A stretch of 63,086 nt of DNA, the filler included, from Octopus bimaculoides (taxonomy: Eukaryota), in the NCBI RefSeq assembly GCF_001194135.2. It is 5 parts of 5 records of this genome, joined end to end, with 100 filler letters (N's around TTAATTAATTAA, not from the genome) between each part and the next. Parts side by side here need not be neighbours in the genome. Positions count along the whole stretch, not along the records: positions 1 to 31,365 come from NC_068990.1; 4 more parts are not named here. One strand, written 5' to 3'. Below, piece after piece: positions 1-12,987 of this stretch. Below the pieces are notes generated by a model. That model searched no databases and was not told the DNA's origin. It saw nothing but the letters and a program-made list of their open reading frames with translations. Within the stretch, counting starts at the first letter, position 1. Each line of letters starts with the position of its first letter. A program made the translations under genes and the position numbers.

Positions 1-363
1 CGTCTGCCACTGCCTTCTGAGTTCAAATTCCGCCGAGGTCGACTTTGCCTTTCATCCTTTCGGGGTCGAAAAATTAAGTACCAGTTACGCACTGGGGTCG
101 ATATAATCAACTTAATCCGTTTGTCTGTTCTTGTTTGTCCCCTCTGTGTGTAGCCCCTTGTGGGCAGTAAAGAAATAGGTATTTCGTCTGCCGTTACGTT
201 CTGAGTTCAAATTCCGCCGAGGTCGACTTTGCCCTTCATCCTTTCGGGGTCGATAAATTAAGTACCAGTTACGCATTGGGGTCGATGTAATCGACTTAAT
301 CCCTTTGTCTGTCCTTGTTTGTCCCCTCTATGTTTAGCCCCTTGTGGGCAATAAAGAAATAGG
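1..363 (+). mobile_element. Tandem dimer (period ~184 bp) of the central/3' part of a tRNA-derived SINE (family E, GCCTTTCATCCTTTCGGGGTCGATAAA central box)
   Basis: Two near-identical copies starting CGTCTGCC at 1 and 185; same family recurs at 19221, 34291, 40380, 43306, 59833, 60591, 61625. Confidence 0.8.
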
Positions 364-2563
364 AATACTACGCAGTGCTGGGGATACGACTGGAACATGG
401 ATTCCTGTGTCTATGATATAGACATCTTAAAGATTCTCTTATATCATGAATGTCTTTGAGAAAAGCGCAGGTGAATATCATACAATTTAATTACTTTCTT
501 TGAAGGATTTATGTGGGCGCTAGACTGTTTACGAAATTCCTGGTGAACCACAGCCATTTATCATAAATTACAAAAAGAAAACACTGGGTGAAGCAAGTTA
601 TGAACGACCAAAAAACGATGGGACATCTTTAATCATAAGACTGCTCGGTCATGACTGAGTTGGAATTAAACAACAACCACTACCGCCACCACCACCACAA
701 CTACAATAACAAGAACATCAACAACATTTCTAATATTGTTTCAGAATAAGGGATCGAAATTATTATGAGTAAAGAATGGTGTAGAACGAATGGCAGAATC
801 TTGGCTTGCCGAAGATGAGATAAATGTGGTTTCAATCTCCTATTGAAACCACATAATTGTTTTATTTATATACCTTACGCTTCTTGGAAAGGGATGAAAG
901 TCATAACATCCCATACTACCTTCCTCGATTTACAGAATATTTGCTAATGCGGTATGACAAGTCGATGCCCGAATGCTCGAGAAATTTGCTTCGCAATTAT
1001 GCGATTTGGGGTTCGATCACATTGTGTGTCGTCTTGAGCAAGTGTCTCTCACCAGTGCTCCGGGTTGGCTCAAGCGTTATAAGTGAAGCTGCGTAGATGG
1101 AAACTATATGAAACCCCTCGGGTTGATTGTGCCGATAATTATAAAAAGACAATTTAACTTTGTGTCTCGTTGATTCTATTTGAACAGTGAACAGATGGGT
1201 CGGTTGACTACGCAGTTGTATTCACATCGTCGAAACCGATGAAGATCCATTTAGATCTAAAACTGTATTCCTAGTATGTCCATCGTATGGAGGAGCTCTC
1301 CGTGATTGGAATTTGTAATTGTGATTTTGATCCCCGCATGTAGTTTAGTTATTCTGTTAGATGTACATATGCCCTTGAAAGCGCCATATATGCCACACAA
1401 TTTAATTTGTCATTCGTTATAAAATCTGAAGACTTACAGCTGTGTCAGAAATCAATAATTTGTATGAAAATTCTCAAGATATCATCTGACGCCATTTTTA
1501 TTCTTCAACGCTGCACAAGCTGCGTGATGCTAGATAATAGAGCCAACGCATTATCTTCGTCAATTTCGAGGAATAATTTAATCCTCACCACTTTCGCAAT
1601 GCTGTTGTACAGCAACCACTCAAGGAACCAATGGCATTTTTAGTATATCTACATTTTATGTTCTTGTTTGCTACTCGTTGCTCGTAACCCTGTAAGATTA
1701 GCTTAGTTATTCTATACCAGCATGCTAACAGCTTTTTGCTTATATAGCACAAAGTGTTTGTTTCCCACCCATTTCTAGTCTCCTAGAATCTTAAAAGAAA
1801 TAATAAAATGAAAAACCACAAAACAAAACAGCAAAACTCTAAAGTGTTTCAAGAGAAGTTTTACCGTGGGCTTTATATTTACTGTTGTTGTTGTTGTTGT
1901 TGTTGTCCATTGTATTGCTTTTATACATTATCCATCCATCCATCCATCCATCCATTTTCACTGACCACTATTCCTGGGTGGGTCCAGGAGATAGACTCTT
2001 CAAGCATCACTTCCACAGGGTCCTCTCAGAAGCAACCGTCATTCCACATTCCGGCTGGATTCTCAAGCGTGACCAACTGAGACCATGGATATTACCCAAC
2101 AATCTCATTTCTAGCCTTTCCCTAGNNNNNNNNNNNNNNNNNNNNNNNNNNNNNNNNNNNNNNNNNNNNNNNNNNNNNNNNNNNNNNNNNNNNNNNNNNN
2201 NNNNNNNNNNNNNNNNNNNNNNNNNTCATGCAATCAACAAAAAAAATTTCCCTCTAGATAGAATTTTTTTTTTAAATAACATCAAGGGAGGTAACTCTAC
2301 TTAGCCCATTCACTCGAAGGAGACTACGTACTAACTACATAGTCTGAGGTATATATATAAAGTGGCACACAACAGATTTGGTAGGAGTTTCACATATTAC
2401 ATATATACTTTTTTTCTTTTTTAAACATTCTGTCTCAGCGCCTTAAAAGCTAAAGTTTGTGGGGCGCGTAAGATAGATCCATCTCATCACATATGGAAAC
2501 CTATGCACCCACGAAACTTCAAGTCATGCGGAGCTCAATCAAACAGTTATTAATGTGTGTGGT

Positions 2564-2890
2564 GGAGGCGCAATGGCCCAGTGGTTAGGGCAGCGGACTC
2601 GCGGTCAGAGGATCGCGGTTTCGATTCCCAGACAGGGAGTTGTGAATATTTATTGAGCGAAAACACCTAAAGCTCCACGATGCTCCGGCAGGGGATAGTG
2701 GCGAACTCTGCTGTACTCTTTCGCCACAACTTTCTCTCACTCTTTCTTTCTGTTTCTGTTGTGCCTGTAATTCAAAGGGCCAGCCTTGTTACACTCTGTG
2801 TCACGCTGAATATCCCCGAGAACTACGTTAAGGGTACACGTGTCTGTGGAGTGCTCAGCCACTTGCACGTTAATTTCACGAGCAGGCTAT
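2564..2890 (+). mobile_element. tRNA-derived SINE, family A (truncated by gap)
   Basis: Head GGAGGCGCAATGGCCCAGTGGTTAGG...GGTTTCGATTCC with A/B boxes; body shared with 24986 and 58636 copies. Confidence 0.85.
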
Positions 2891-4089
2891 NNNNNNNNNN
2901 NNNNNNNNNNNNNNNNNNNNNNNNNNNNNNNNNNNNNNNNNNNNNNNNNNNNNNNNNNNNNNNNNNNNNNNNNNNNNNNNNNNNNNNNNNNNNNNNNNNN
3001 NNNNNNNNNNNNNNNNNNNNNNNNNNNNNNNNNNNNNNNNNNNNNNNNNNNNNNNNNNNNNNNNNNNNNNNNNNNNNNNNNNNNNNNNNNNNNNNNNNNN
3101 NNNNNNNNNNNNNNNNNNNNNNNNNNNNNNNNNNNNNNNNNNNNNNNNNNNNNNNNNNNNNNNNNNNNNNNNNNNNNNNNNNNNNNNNNNNNNNNNNNNN
3201 NNNNNNNNNNNNNNNNNNNNNNNNNNNNNNNNNNNNNNNNNNNNNNNNNNNNNNNNNNNNNNNNNNNNNNNNNNNNNNNNNNNNNNNNNNNNNNNNNNNN
3301 NNNNNNNNNNNNNNNNNNNNNNNNNNNNNNNNNNNNNNNNNNNNNNNNNNNNNNNNNNNNNNNNNNNNNNNNNNNNNNNNNNNNNNNNNNNNNNNNNNNN
3401 NNNNNNNNNNNNNNNNNNNNNNNNNNNNNNNNNNNNNNNNNNNNNNNNNNNNNNNAAAGGCCTTCTTTATTCCAGCTTCTTTTAGGCACCACATCAAAAC
3501 GCAGCAAAACTTATTTCTAACAGATTTCATTTGATCTAACTCTTCAAATATTACAGAGATTGTGTTGTTCATTCATTTTCTACAGAACATTAAGAAAGAA
3601 TATTAGTTTAGATTGAACTCAAATTGGGGAAGCCTCTGTTCTTGATGGAGGTGGAGAAAAGATGCTTTGTTGACCGGAGTGTGAAAGTAAAAAAATGTTC
3701 GCTGACTTACAGTAATATCAACAGTGGACGTGTTCACTCCCACGGTCGTGAAAAGAAGCTACATCCCCATCAAATCACATTCCGATTAACAAATTACGAT
3801 GATTAGCCTGAATCATTCCGTGGGAATGGAAACGCAATTCTAGGGTTCTATTCTGCCATTTTTCATTAATTGTTGATGAATCAACCAAGGTGATCGCCCT
3901 TAAATCACAAGAAGAATTGATTGAGATACATTTATTTAGGTAGTTCTAAACATCAAGTGGGTGGTTGCAACTAGGGCAACTTCAGTCCTTAGTCTGTTTG
4001 GGCAGGGCAAGGCAGATCTGAAGTTAAAGAACTTTTCTTTGCCATAAGTTATGGTTATACATGCCTACATACATACATACATACATACA

Positions 4090-4120
<31 letters not shown>

Positions 4121-4141
4121 GTATACATATATATATATATA

Positions 4142-4465
4142 GGCACAGGCGTGGCTGTGTGATTAGAAACTTGCTTCCCAACCACATGGTTCCGCGCTCA
4201 GTCCTACTGCATTGTACCTTGGGCAAGTGTCTCCTACTATAGCCTCAGGCTGACCAAAGCCTTGTGAGTGGATTTGGTAGACGGAAACTGAAAGAAGCGC
4301 GTCGTATGTATATATTTGTGTTTGTGTCTGTTTGTACCCAACCCCACTGCCACACGATAGAATAAGAACCACGCTTACAAAGAATAAGCCCAGGGGTCGA
4401 TTTCTTCGACTAAAAAACGGTGCTCCAGCGTGGCCACAGTCAAAATAACTGAAACAAGTAAAAGA
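4142..4465 (+). mobile_element. tRNA-derived SINE, family C (internally deleted)
   Basis: GGC(A/G)CAGGCGTGGCTGTGT head, CCTTGGGCAAGTG box, GAAACAAGTAAAAGA tail shared with many copies in window. Confidence 0.85.
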
Positions 4466-4473
4466 ATTATATA

Positions 4474-4507
<34 letters not shown>

Positions 4508-4826
4508 NNNNNNNNNNNNNNNNNNNNNNNNNNNNNNNNNNNNNNNNNNNNNNNNNNNNNNNNNNNNNNNNNNNNNNNNNNNNNNNNNNNNNNNNNNNNN
4601 NNNNNNNNNNNNNNNNNNNNNNNNNNNNNNNNNNNNNNNNNNNNNNNNNNNNNNNNNNNNNNNNNNNNNNNNNNNNNNNNNNNNNNNNNNNNNNNNNNNN
4701 NNNNNNNNNNNNNNNNNNNNNNNNNNNNNNNNNNNNNNNNNNNNNNNNNNNNNNNNNNNNNNNNNNNNNNNNNNNNNNNNNNNNNNNNNNNNNNNNNNNN
4801 NNNNNNNNNNNNNNNNNNNNNNNNNN

Positions 4827-4897
<71 letters not shown>

Positions 4898-5502
4898 GTG
4901 TTTGCGCGCCCTTTGTTGTATGTATATATGTATACAGGTGATACAGAACAACGTACAAACATACTCATACACACAAACATGCTCACCCTAACACACACGC
5001 ATCATTTTATATTACCTGTTAGAACTTAACCGTTACTACCGTAATACGAACAATGGATGTAATTAGCTCGATGTGCGAGACATAACGACCATATCACACT
5101 TTAAATCTCGTAGCAAATATTGAAGTCCAAGGTACATTATATCTAAACAAATAAACAGCGAATTGGAAGGCTCTGACATGTAGTTAATTAAACAACTTCG
5201 TAGTTAACAAGAGACAACATGTGATTAATATTAGTTAAGTAGTTTAGTTTAACAGCAATAAACACAGTTTTCTACAGGATAACCTAATATAGTGTACTTG
5301 CATTAACAACTGTACTGAACGAGATAGTTGTTAGGTAGGTTAACCAGCATTCACCTACGTCATAAGGAGTGGGGGAGGAACGGAGTGAAACTACTCATGT
5401 AGGCGGACACAATTGTTATAATCATCAGCGGCAGTTACAAGGAGGCAAAAATGAAGCAGCACTTTTAATAAAACAGTAACTGTTACACTACAATTTCGGC
5501 TT

Positions 5503-5574
5503 TCCCATGTGGTCTAGTGGTTAGGATTCCTGGCTTTCACCCAGGCGGCCCGGGTTCGATTCCCGGCATGGGAA
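5503..5574 (+). tRNA. tRNA-Glu(TTC)
   Basis: 72-nt cloverleaf: TCCCATG/CATGGGA acceptor stem, CCTGG-CTTTCAC-CCAGG anticodon arm, GTTCGATTC B box; T-run terminator at ~5580. Confidence 0.97.
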
Positions 5575-6106
5575 CGCATGTTTTTTTGTTTTTTTTTTCC
5601 AATCCTTTTTGAGTTCGAATTTATTTGTTGTAAGATCTTTAGAGTTACGTATATTCTTCCATTTTCGTTTCTTCTACAGGATTCCCTATATTTTATATTC
5701 ATAGTGTCGATAGAACTACTAAAACTTTATATATGTATGTATTTGCAACTATATATATGAATATACCCACACTCAGCAAGTGGTGCAGTACTTTTCATAA
5801 ACCAGTAACAGTTACGATGGTTTTTAAAACAGACGGAGCGTGTTCGATTCCGGTAGAAGAGGGCCCTTTTCTTCTTTTTTTTCTTTCCTTTTTTTTGTCG
5901 TCTTTCCTATCGGAATTTATTTCTAGTGAAATTGAAGCACTTAAGTGTCACATAGAACTTAATTCAAGTTTTATAAGTTTATCGGTTCGTTTTATTCTGG
6001 AGAAATCCGAGAAGCACGTCGGATTTACCATTAATAAAAAAAATGGGATGCTCCTCCTTAAATAATGTCACTTTCCAGGTCTAAAGAATTATTACTGATA
6101 TATATA

Positions 6107-6578
6107 GAGGCTTAGCTATGTGGTAAGAAGTTTGCTTTCCAATCACATGGTCACGAGTTCATTCTCATTGTGCGGCACACTGGGCACGTGTTTTCTACTA
6201 TAGGCCCGGACCAACCAAAGCCCTGTGAATGGATCTTTTTGGCGAAGACTGAAAGAAGTCCGTCGTATGGATGGATGGATGGGTGGATGGATGGGTGGAT
6301 GGATAGAGGGGTGGGTGGAGGGGTGGAGGGATGAATGGATGGATGGATAAGCGTGTGTATGTTTTTGTGTATGTGTCTGTCCCCAGCTCCGATCGAGAAT
6401 TTGTATCGGTTTGTTTACGTCCCCATAACTTTAGAATTCGGCGAAATGACTGACACCAACTGACCGACAAAATAAGTAACAGGCTTTGAAATAAATACTA
6501 GGATCGCCTTGGTCGACTAAACCCTTCGAAAGGGGGCCTCCAGCATGGAGGCCGGGCAAAGACTAAAACAAGTAAAAC
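6107..6578 (+). mobile_element. SINE family C, diverged; paralogous to 10078-10528 by segmental duplication
   Basis: Family C head, body and tail; same downstream flank as the 10078 copy. Confidence 0.75.
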
Positions 6579-6679
6579 ATAAAACATAAAACAAAGAGAC
6601 ATACATTCCCAGACACCCACAAACAGAAATAAAACAGCATTTTTTATGTAAACTAACTATAACAGCTACAGGGTAGCTT

Positions 6680-6751
6680 TCCCATGTGGTCTAGTGGTTA
6701 GGATTCCTGGCTTTCACCCAGGTGGCCCGGGTTCGATTCCCGGCATGGGAA
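6680..6751 (+). tRNA. tRNA-Glu(TTC), TGGC variable-loop variant
   Basis: Intact 72-nt cloverleaf; one C>T difference from the 5503 copy. Confidence 0.96.
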
Positions 6752-6965
6752 CGCATGTCGTTTTGTCTTTGTTTTTTGTTCCCGAAAGAATTTATGTATA
6801 TATAAGGTTATTTAAATACTGCTACATCTGTCTTTATTCGAGTTTTATTCATTCCTTATCAGTGCTTATTTTCAAAACATCTAAGAATCACGTGGAATTT
6901 ACCACTTTTAAATATGTGAATGCGACACCTGAAGCTGTTATCAGCTTTACCATGAGATCTAATAT

Positions 6966-7018
6966 TTAAGATTCCTGGCTTTCACCTAGGTATCCAGAAT
7001 TCGATCCCGTCATTGGAA
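6966..7018 (+). pseudogene. 5'-truncated, degenerate tRNA-Glu fragment
   Basis: TTAAGATTCCTGGCTTTCACCTAGG...TTCGATCCCGTCATTGGAA; no acceptor 5' strand or A box. Confidence 0.85.
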
Positions 7019-7209
7019 CGCATGATTGTTTTATGTCAGAATTCATAAGTAGTGATAGAAGTACTTTGGAGTTCCATTTACGGTGGAGTCTCTATATACG
7101 AGCATAATCTGTTCCTGAACACAATTCGTTACGTAAGTATCTAATCGATATAAATAGTGTTAATCTTCAATACAAGAAATAAATTCTAACTTCAAAAAAA
7201 AAGTATGCG

Positions 7210-7281
7210 TTCCCATGCCGGGAATCGAACCCGGGCCGTCTGGGTGAAAGCCAGGAATCCTAACCACTAGACCACATGGGA
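7210..7281 (-). tRNA. tRNA-Glu(TTC) with a C27-A43 mismatch at the top of the anticodon stem
   Basis: Reverse complement is a full 72-mer with CCAGA instead of CCAGG; T-run terminator downstream. Confidence 0.9.
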
Positions 7282-7460
7282 AGGCCATAGCAACAGTATT
7301 GCAATTACTGTTTTATGTAAACACTACGTTGTATTTAATGATTTGTGTGTGCTTGTATGTAAGTGTGTGTTTCTAAATTCTGACCTAGGAAAAGTTTTTA
7401 ATTATTACTGGTTTATAAAAGCGCTACGTTATTTTTAACTATTTGTGTGTGTACGTATGT

Positions 7461-7515
<55 letters not shown>

Positions 7516-10077
7516 NNNNNNNNNNNNNNNNNNNNNNNNNNNNNNNNNNNNNNNNNNNNNNNNNNNNNNNNNNNNNNNNNNNNNNNNNNNNNNNNNNNNN
7601 NNNNNNNNNNNNNNNNNNNNNNNNNNNNNNNNNNNNNNNNNNNNNNNNNNNNNNNNNNNNNNNNNNNNNNNNNNNNNNNNNNNNNNNNNNNNNNNNNNNN
7701 NNNNNNNNNNNNNNNNNNNNNNNNNNNNNNNNNNNNNNNNNNNNNNNNNNNNNNNNNNNNNNNNNNNNNNNNNNNNNNNNNNNNNNNNNNNNNNNNNNNN
7801 NNNNNNNNNNNNNNNNNNNNNNNNNNNNNNNNNNNNNNNNNNNNNNNNNNNNNNNNNNNNNNNNNNNNNNNNNNNNNNNNNNNNNNNNNNNNNNNNNNNN
7901 NNNNNNNNNNNNNNNNNNNNNNNNNNAGCTATCATTTTGTGCGTGACAGCACGTGTTGTCAACTGTAAACAATAAGATATTCGCAGATTTCTGCTTTACG
8001 CACGCCATATAACCCCCTAATAACATTTTCATTTTTGGGAATTGATCTAGACTTTTTCATTCGCAAAATGAGCCCCTTTAATTTTGCTCTGATTGCTTTC
8101 AATTTTGGTGTGTCGATGCAACTCTGAATTTTGATTACGATCAACCAATTACTTTATCTCGTAAATTAAGGAATCTGATGTTATTTGGAATTAAAGTTGG
8201 GAAATTTGAGTAATTTTAGCCAATCAACAGACAGCAAATCATTAACAGCTTGTTACCATGACAACCGCATATATTGTTTTGTGTTCCACTCGTATGTTGT
8301 GTTGATTCTTCACACCACGAGATTTACTTCACCTGCGTGTTTTGTTTTTAGAAAAATTTATATTTAACAATTAGAATTTTATTATAGATATTTTTCGCCA
8401 ATTGTCTTAATATTTTAGATATTTTTCATATATAACAAAAGTTGTTTGCGATGTTTATACAGTTTCTTGACATTGTGAAGGTGAACGGAATATGTGAACT
8501 TAGTACAGATACCTTGACGTTATTTTGTAATTCTGCATGTAAAAACATACAAGATACAGGTATTCTTTTTCTCCGAGCAAATTCTTTGTTGACCAGTGTT
8601 ATTCTTATCGTAGTTTACAAATCCAAGCATGAAAACGTTACTCAACTTTGAAGTTTTTGAGACAGACACCCCTTTTTCACACACACGCGCGCACACACAT
8701 GCACTTATACATTAATGATGTACACAAATACATGACAGGTAATCATAATACTGAAATATGCATAAAGTAAACACGTGCAGACAAACATATTGATATTACA
8801 AATTTAAAAAATAATAATAAAAACATACAATCAATGAAGAGACAAAAGAAACAGTATGATGATATATGTTGATTTTATTAGGTACTTCTGTTTATTCACA
8901 GAAGGCTAAATTATAAATTTCACAGGATGTAACCTTAAAGTTGACACCGTTCCGCTAAACGCAGAAAATTTCTGTCTCGCTATTGGCTATAGATACACGG
9001 TTTTTTCGATTTTAAAACCACCTCTGTTACTATTTCCTCCAGTTTTTTTCTCCACAACATCATACCTTCATAGCAACTAGACTAGAAAATTGTATTGCTA
9101 TTGCCGATTTTCAAATGTTTTACTGTCTTTTAAAAAATGCATATTTTGCGAAAGAAAAAACTAGATCCTTGGAAAAATTCTGATTTTTACGAATTTGTAT
9201 TGTACGCAACGGAATTCATACAATTATCCTAAGAAAAAAAATTGGTGCGTGATTTAAGGCCTTGATAATCTTCATTTTAGATTTATGCCAGATCTAAAGA
9301 AGTACTAAATCTTTACATATGTATGGGTATGCACGCATGCATGCACACACGCACACACACACAAACACCTACACACACACACATCATTTCACGTCTTTAT
9401 GCGGAGTTCGATGTGATATTACCCCCCCCCCCCGCTACAAACATCAGAAATAGCCTCATTATTTGATTCCTGAGCAATTGTCAAGTTATCAAATAAATTT
9501 TCAGACGAAGTTGTTCATCGTTTTAAATTGAATACATTACGTATTCACCCTAATCATAGTCCTTCACAGGACTTCATTTATGTATCACTAACTAAGTATT
9601 AATTATCCGTCTATTAAATTTCATTACATGTATCGTAGTCTGGCAAGCCGTTGGGACACTATTGATGACTTAGCAGCCAGATCCCTCCATCCATCTCTGT
9701 CTTCTGCCTCTCACACTGCGTCTCTCATCTTTAGGCTTGTCCACTCACAGATGTTTGTTATCTCACCTCTTTCTCGGTTTCTGCGTCTGCTACTTTTCAC
9801 TGTTTTTGAAGGATTGTTTTGGCCATCCTTGATGAACGGTTGACATGCCCAAACCACCTAAGCTTGCGTTCCTTTACTGTGGTAAGAAGTTCCTCATAGG
9901 GCCCTATTACCTGCCTTATTCTTCTCTTCACTTCCTCATTTGTGACACGATCTCTGTATGATATTCCCAAAAGTCTCCGTCAATACATTTTATTTATTTA
10001 GCCAAATCTGCTCCTGTTTCCCCCTTCCACCTACATAATCTCTACCCTACTTACTCATCCCATAACCACACTTGGGA

Positions 10078-10243
10078 ACGGTGGTGTGGTAAGAAGCTTC
10101 CTTCGCAACCACATGGTTTCAAGTTCATTCCGACTGCGTGGCACATTCGGCAAGTGTCTTCTACTATAGCCCCAGACCGACCAAAGAGTTGTGAATGGAT
10201 TTGGTAGGCGGAACCTGAAAGAAGCCCATTGTATGTATGTATG

Positions 10244-10275
<32 letters not shown>

Positions 10276-10528
10276 AGAAGCCTGTTGTATGTATGCATGT
10301 ATAAAGGTATGAATAAGTATGTGTGGATGTTTGTGTACGTGCCTGTCCCCAGCTCCGATGGAGAACTTGTATCGGTTTGTTTACGTCCCCATAACTTTAC
10401 TCTTCACCAACAGACCGACAAAATAAGTATCAGGTTTTAAAATAAGTACTGGGTTCGACATGGTCGACCAAATGCCTCAAAGAGGGGCCCCGGTATGAAG
10501 GCAAGGCAAAGACTAAAACAAGTAAAAC
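10078..10528 (+). mobile_element. SINE family C, diverged; paralog of 6107-6578
   Basis: Family C sequence and shared flank leading into the tRNA at 10629. Confidence 0.75.
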
Positions 10529-10628
10529 GTAAGAGAGAAAAGGAACGGAAATACATTCTCAGACACCTACAGACAGAAATAATAAAGAAGCATTATTAAT
10601 GTAAACTAACTATAACATATAGCGTATT

Positions 10629-10700
10629 TCCCATGTGGTCTAGTGGTTAGGATTCCTGGCTTTCACCCAGGTGGCCCGGGTTCGATTCCCGGCATGGGAA
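10629..10700 (+). tRNA. tRNA-Glu(TTC), TGGC variant
   Basis: Intact 72-mer followed by long T run. Confidence 0.96.
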
Positions 10701-10884
10701 TGTTTTTTTTTTTTTTTCCGAAAGAATTTACCTATACAGTCATTGAAATACTCTGGTATTACGTATGTCATTATTCGAGTTTTATTCATTTCTTTTGAAT
10801 GATTCTTATTTTGGATTGATCTAAGAATCAAGTAGAATTTACCATTTTTAAAGATGTGAATGCGACAATTTAGACAGTTATCAC

Positions 10885-10946
10885 GTCTAGTATTTAAGAT
10901 TCCTGGCTTTCACCCACGCATCCTGAGTTCGATCCCACGGTTTGAA
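10885..10946 (+). pseudogene. Degenerate tRNA-Glu fragment (paralog of 6966-7018)
   Basis: GTCTAG...AAGATTCCTGGCTTTCACCCAC...GAGTTCGATCCC; stems broken. Confidence 0.85.
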
Positions 10947-11142
10947 CGCATTATTGTCTTTGCTAGAAGTCATTTGTAGTCACATGAAAAGTATTTTGGA
11001 GTTCTATATATACTGGAATGTCTATATACAAACTTAATCTGCTCCTGAACGGAAATCGTTACACGAGTAATTTAAATTAGTATAAATAGCGGTAATACTA
11101 CAACTAATAGAGTCTATCGAAAAAAAAAAAAAAAGCTAGGTA

Positions 11143-11213
11143 TTCCTATGCCGGGAATCGGACCCGGGCCGCTGAGTGAAAGCCAGGAATCCTAACCACT
11201 AGACTACATGGGA
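11143..11213 (-). pseudogene. Probable tRNA-Glu pseudogene (71 nt)
   Basis: G10>A, anticodon-stem change plus 1-nt deletion, T-loop TTC>TCC, acceptor G>A relative to the intact copies. Confidence 0.8.
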
Positions 11214-11537
11214 AAGCCGATGCATCGGTGTTACAATTACTGCTTTATAAAAGCCTTATGTTATTTTTAACTCTTCGTGTGTCTACATATGTGTGTACGT
11301 CTAAATCCTGACTTAGGAAGAGTTTAAAATTAAAGTAATCCAATACCTTATTCAGGTCTAGACCTTATTTTACGTGTCACAACTACTTTTGATTTCGAGA
11401 TCTCTCCAAAACAAAGAAATCAAATGAATGAATAAATAACTGAAGAAAAAGCGATTTTAAATACAGTAGGGTACTATTATACGAACGGTTTCCTGAAAAA
11501 AAATTTTAAAAAGGGGGAGGGGAATCTGTTCTGTTAA

Positions 11538-12000
11538 GGTGCACCTATGCAAATTTCAAAGTTTATTGAAAATTTTACAATTTGGTGTGTTAATGTAATT
11601 TTCCACGCTGAATCCCAGCAGATATTATTTATTTATTTTTTTTTTTTTTTTTGCACAATCGTATGAATTCCCGTGCATGCAATACAAATTAAGAAAAACT
11701 TTTCAGAAAATTCAAAAAGTAAGAAAAGTTATTTATAAGGGGTTATATGACGTGCATAAAGCAGAACTCTGCCCTTGTTTCATTTCTTTATAATTGACTG
11801 CACATGCTGTCACGCTACAAAATGACAGCTACTAAATCCTGCTTTCTCACTGGTTAAAAATGATCAAGCTTTAAACCTCTATGACTTGAAAACATTATTC
11901 TGAAAAAGTGAAATACCTCCTGATATTCAGCGTGGGAATTTACACCAATACACCAAATTTTAAACTTTTCAATATACTTTAAAATTTCCACTGGTGCAGC
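11538..12000. mobile_element. Non-autonomous TIR element (~85-bp imperfect TIRs starting G(G/C)TGCACC), flanked by TTAA/TAAA; Kolobok-like by termini
   Basis: Left and right ends are reverse complements; related pieces at ~7930-8040, ~9150-9260, 12988-13295, 22445-22819 and 37685-38170. Confidence 0.65.
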
Positions 12001-12321
12001 TAAACACAAAAGATACCATTTTTTTTTATTCGGTGAGAGAACCGTTCGTATAATAGTACCCACGGTATTTAAAATCTCTTTCTTTTTACTGCGTTATTTA
12101 TTCATTCGAGTCCCTTTGTTTTGGAAAGATCTCGAAATGAGAAAATGGTTGCGACACATAAAATAAGGCCGCCACCTGAATAAAGTATTGGATTACGTTG
12201 ATTTGAAATTCTTCTTAAGTCAGTATTTAGACATGCACACTCACATACGTACCCACAAAAATATTAAAATGTAACGTAAGGTTTTCATAAAAAGTAACTG
12301 TAATTGAGTTGTTATAAGTTT

Positions 12322-12382
12322 TCGTATGTGGTCTAGTGGTTAGGATTTCTGGTAGCCCAGGTTCGATTCCCAGGCAATGGAA
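12322..12382 (+). pseudogene. tRNA-Glu pseudogene lacking the anticodon loop
   Basis: A box TGGTCTAGTGG and B box GGTTCGATTCC retained; CTTTCACCCAGG deleted. Confidence 0.85.
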
Positions 12383-12801
12383 GAGATACGTTTGTTTCCT
12401 TTTTTTCCCCTTTCGTTAGAATCTATTTGTTGTAATATTAAAGATTACCGCTATTCATATCTATTTCAGTTACTCACGTAACGAATCGCGTTCGAGAGCA
12501 GATTATGCTCGTATAGAGAGACTCCAGTCAGTGTATATGGAACTCTAAAGCACTTTTCCTATCACTACAAATGAATTTTGGCAGACAACAGTTATGAGTT
12601 CCAATGACTTTTTTGTTCGACTGCACCTGTGGGTAAAAGAGTGCGATCATATGCCGCTAATATCACAAAATATTTTGTGAAGACCAGTATATTCATCGTA
12701 ACAGTTATTGCTTTATCAAGACCGGTGCATTATAATCAACTCTAAGGATCTTTAATATTCCAACAAATAGATTCTGACTAAAAAATCAAAATAGATATGC
12801 G

Positions 12802-12873
12802 TTCCCATGCCGGGAATCGAACCCGGGCCGCCTGGGTGAAAGCCAGGAATCCTAACCACTAGACCACATGGGA
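12802..12873 (-). tRNA. tRNA-Glu(TTC)
   Basis: Reverse complement identical to the 5503 copy. Confidence 0.97.
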
Positions 12874-12987
12874 AAGCCACGACTGTGTTATTACAATTAC
12901 TATTTTATAAAAATGCTACGTTACTTTTAACTATCTGTGTGTGTACGTATGTAAGTGCATGTGTCCAAATACTGACTTTTCTGCTTG

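Noticed and set aside
2564-2630. tRNA-like heads of SINE families A, B, C and E
   Set aside because: They have A/B boxes but no closed cloverleaf and continue into SINE bodies; not tRNA genes.
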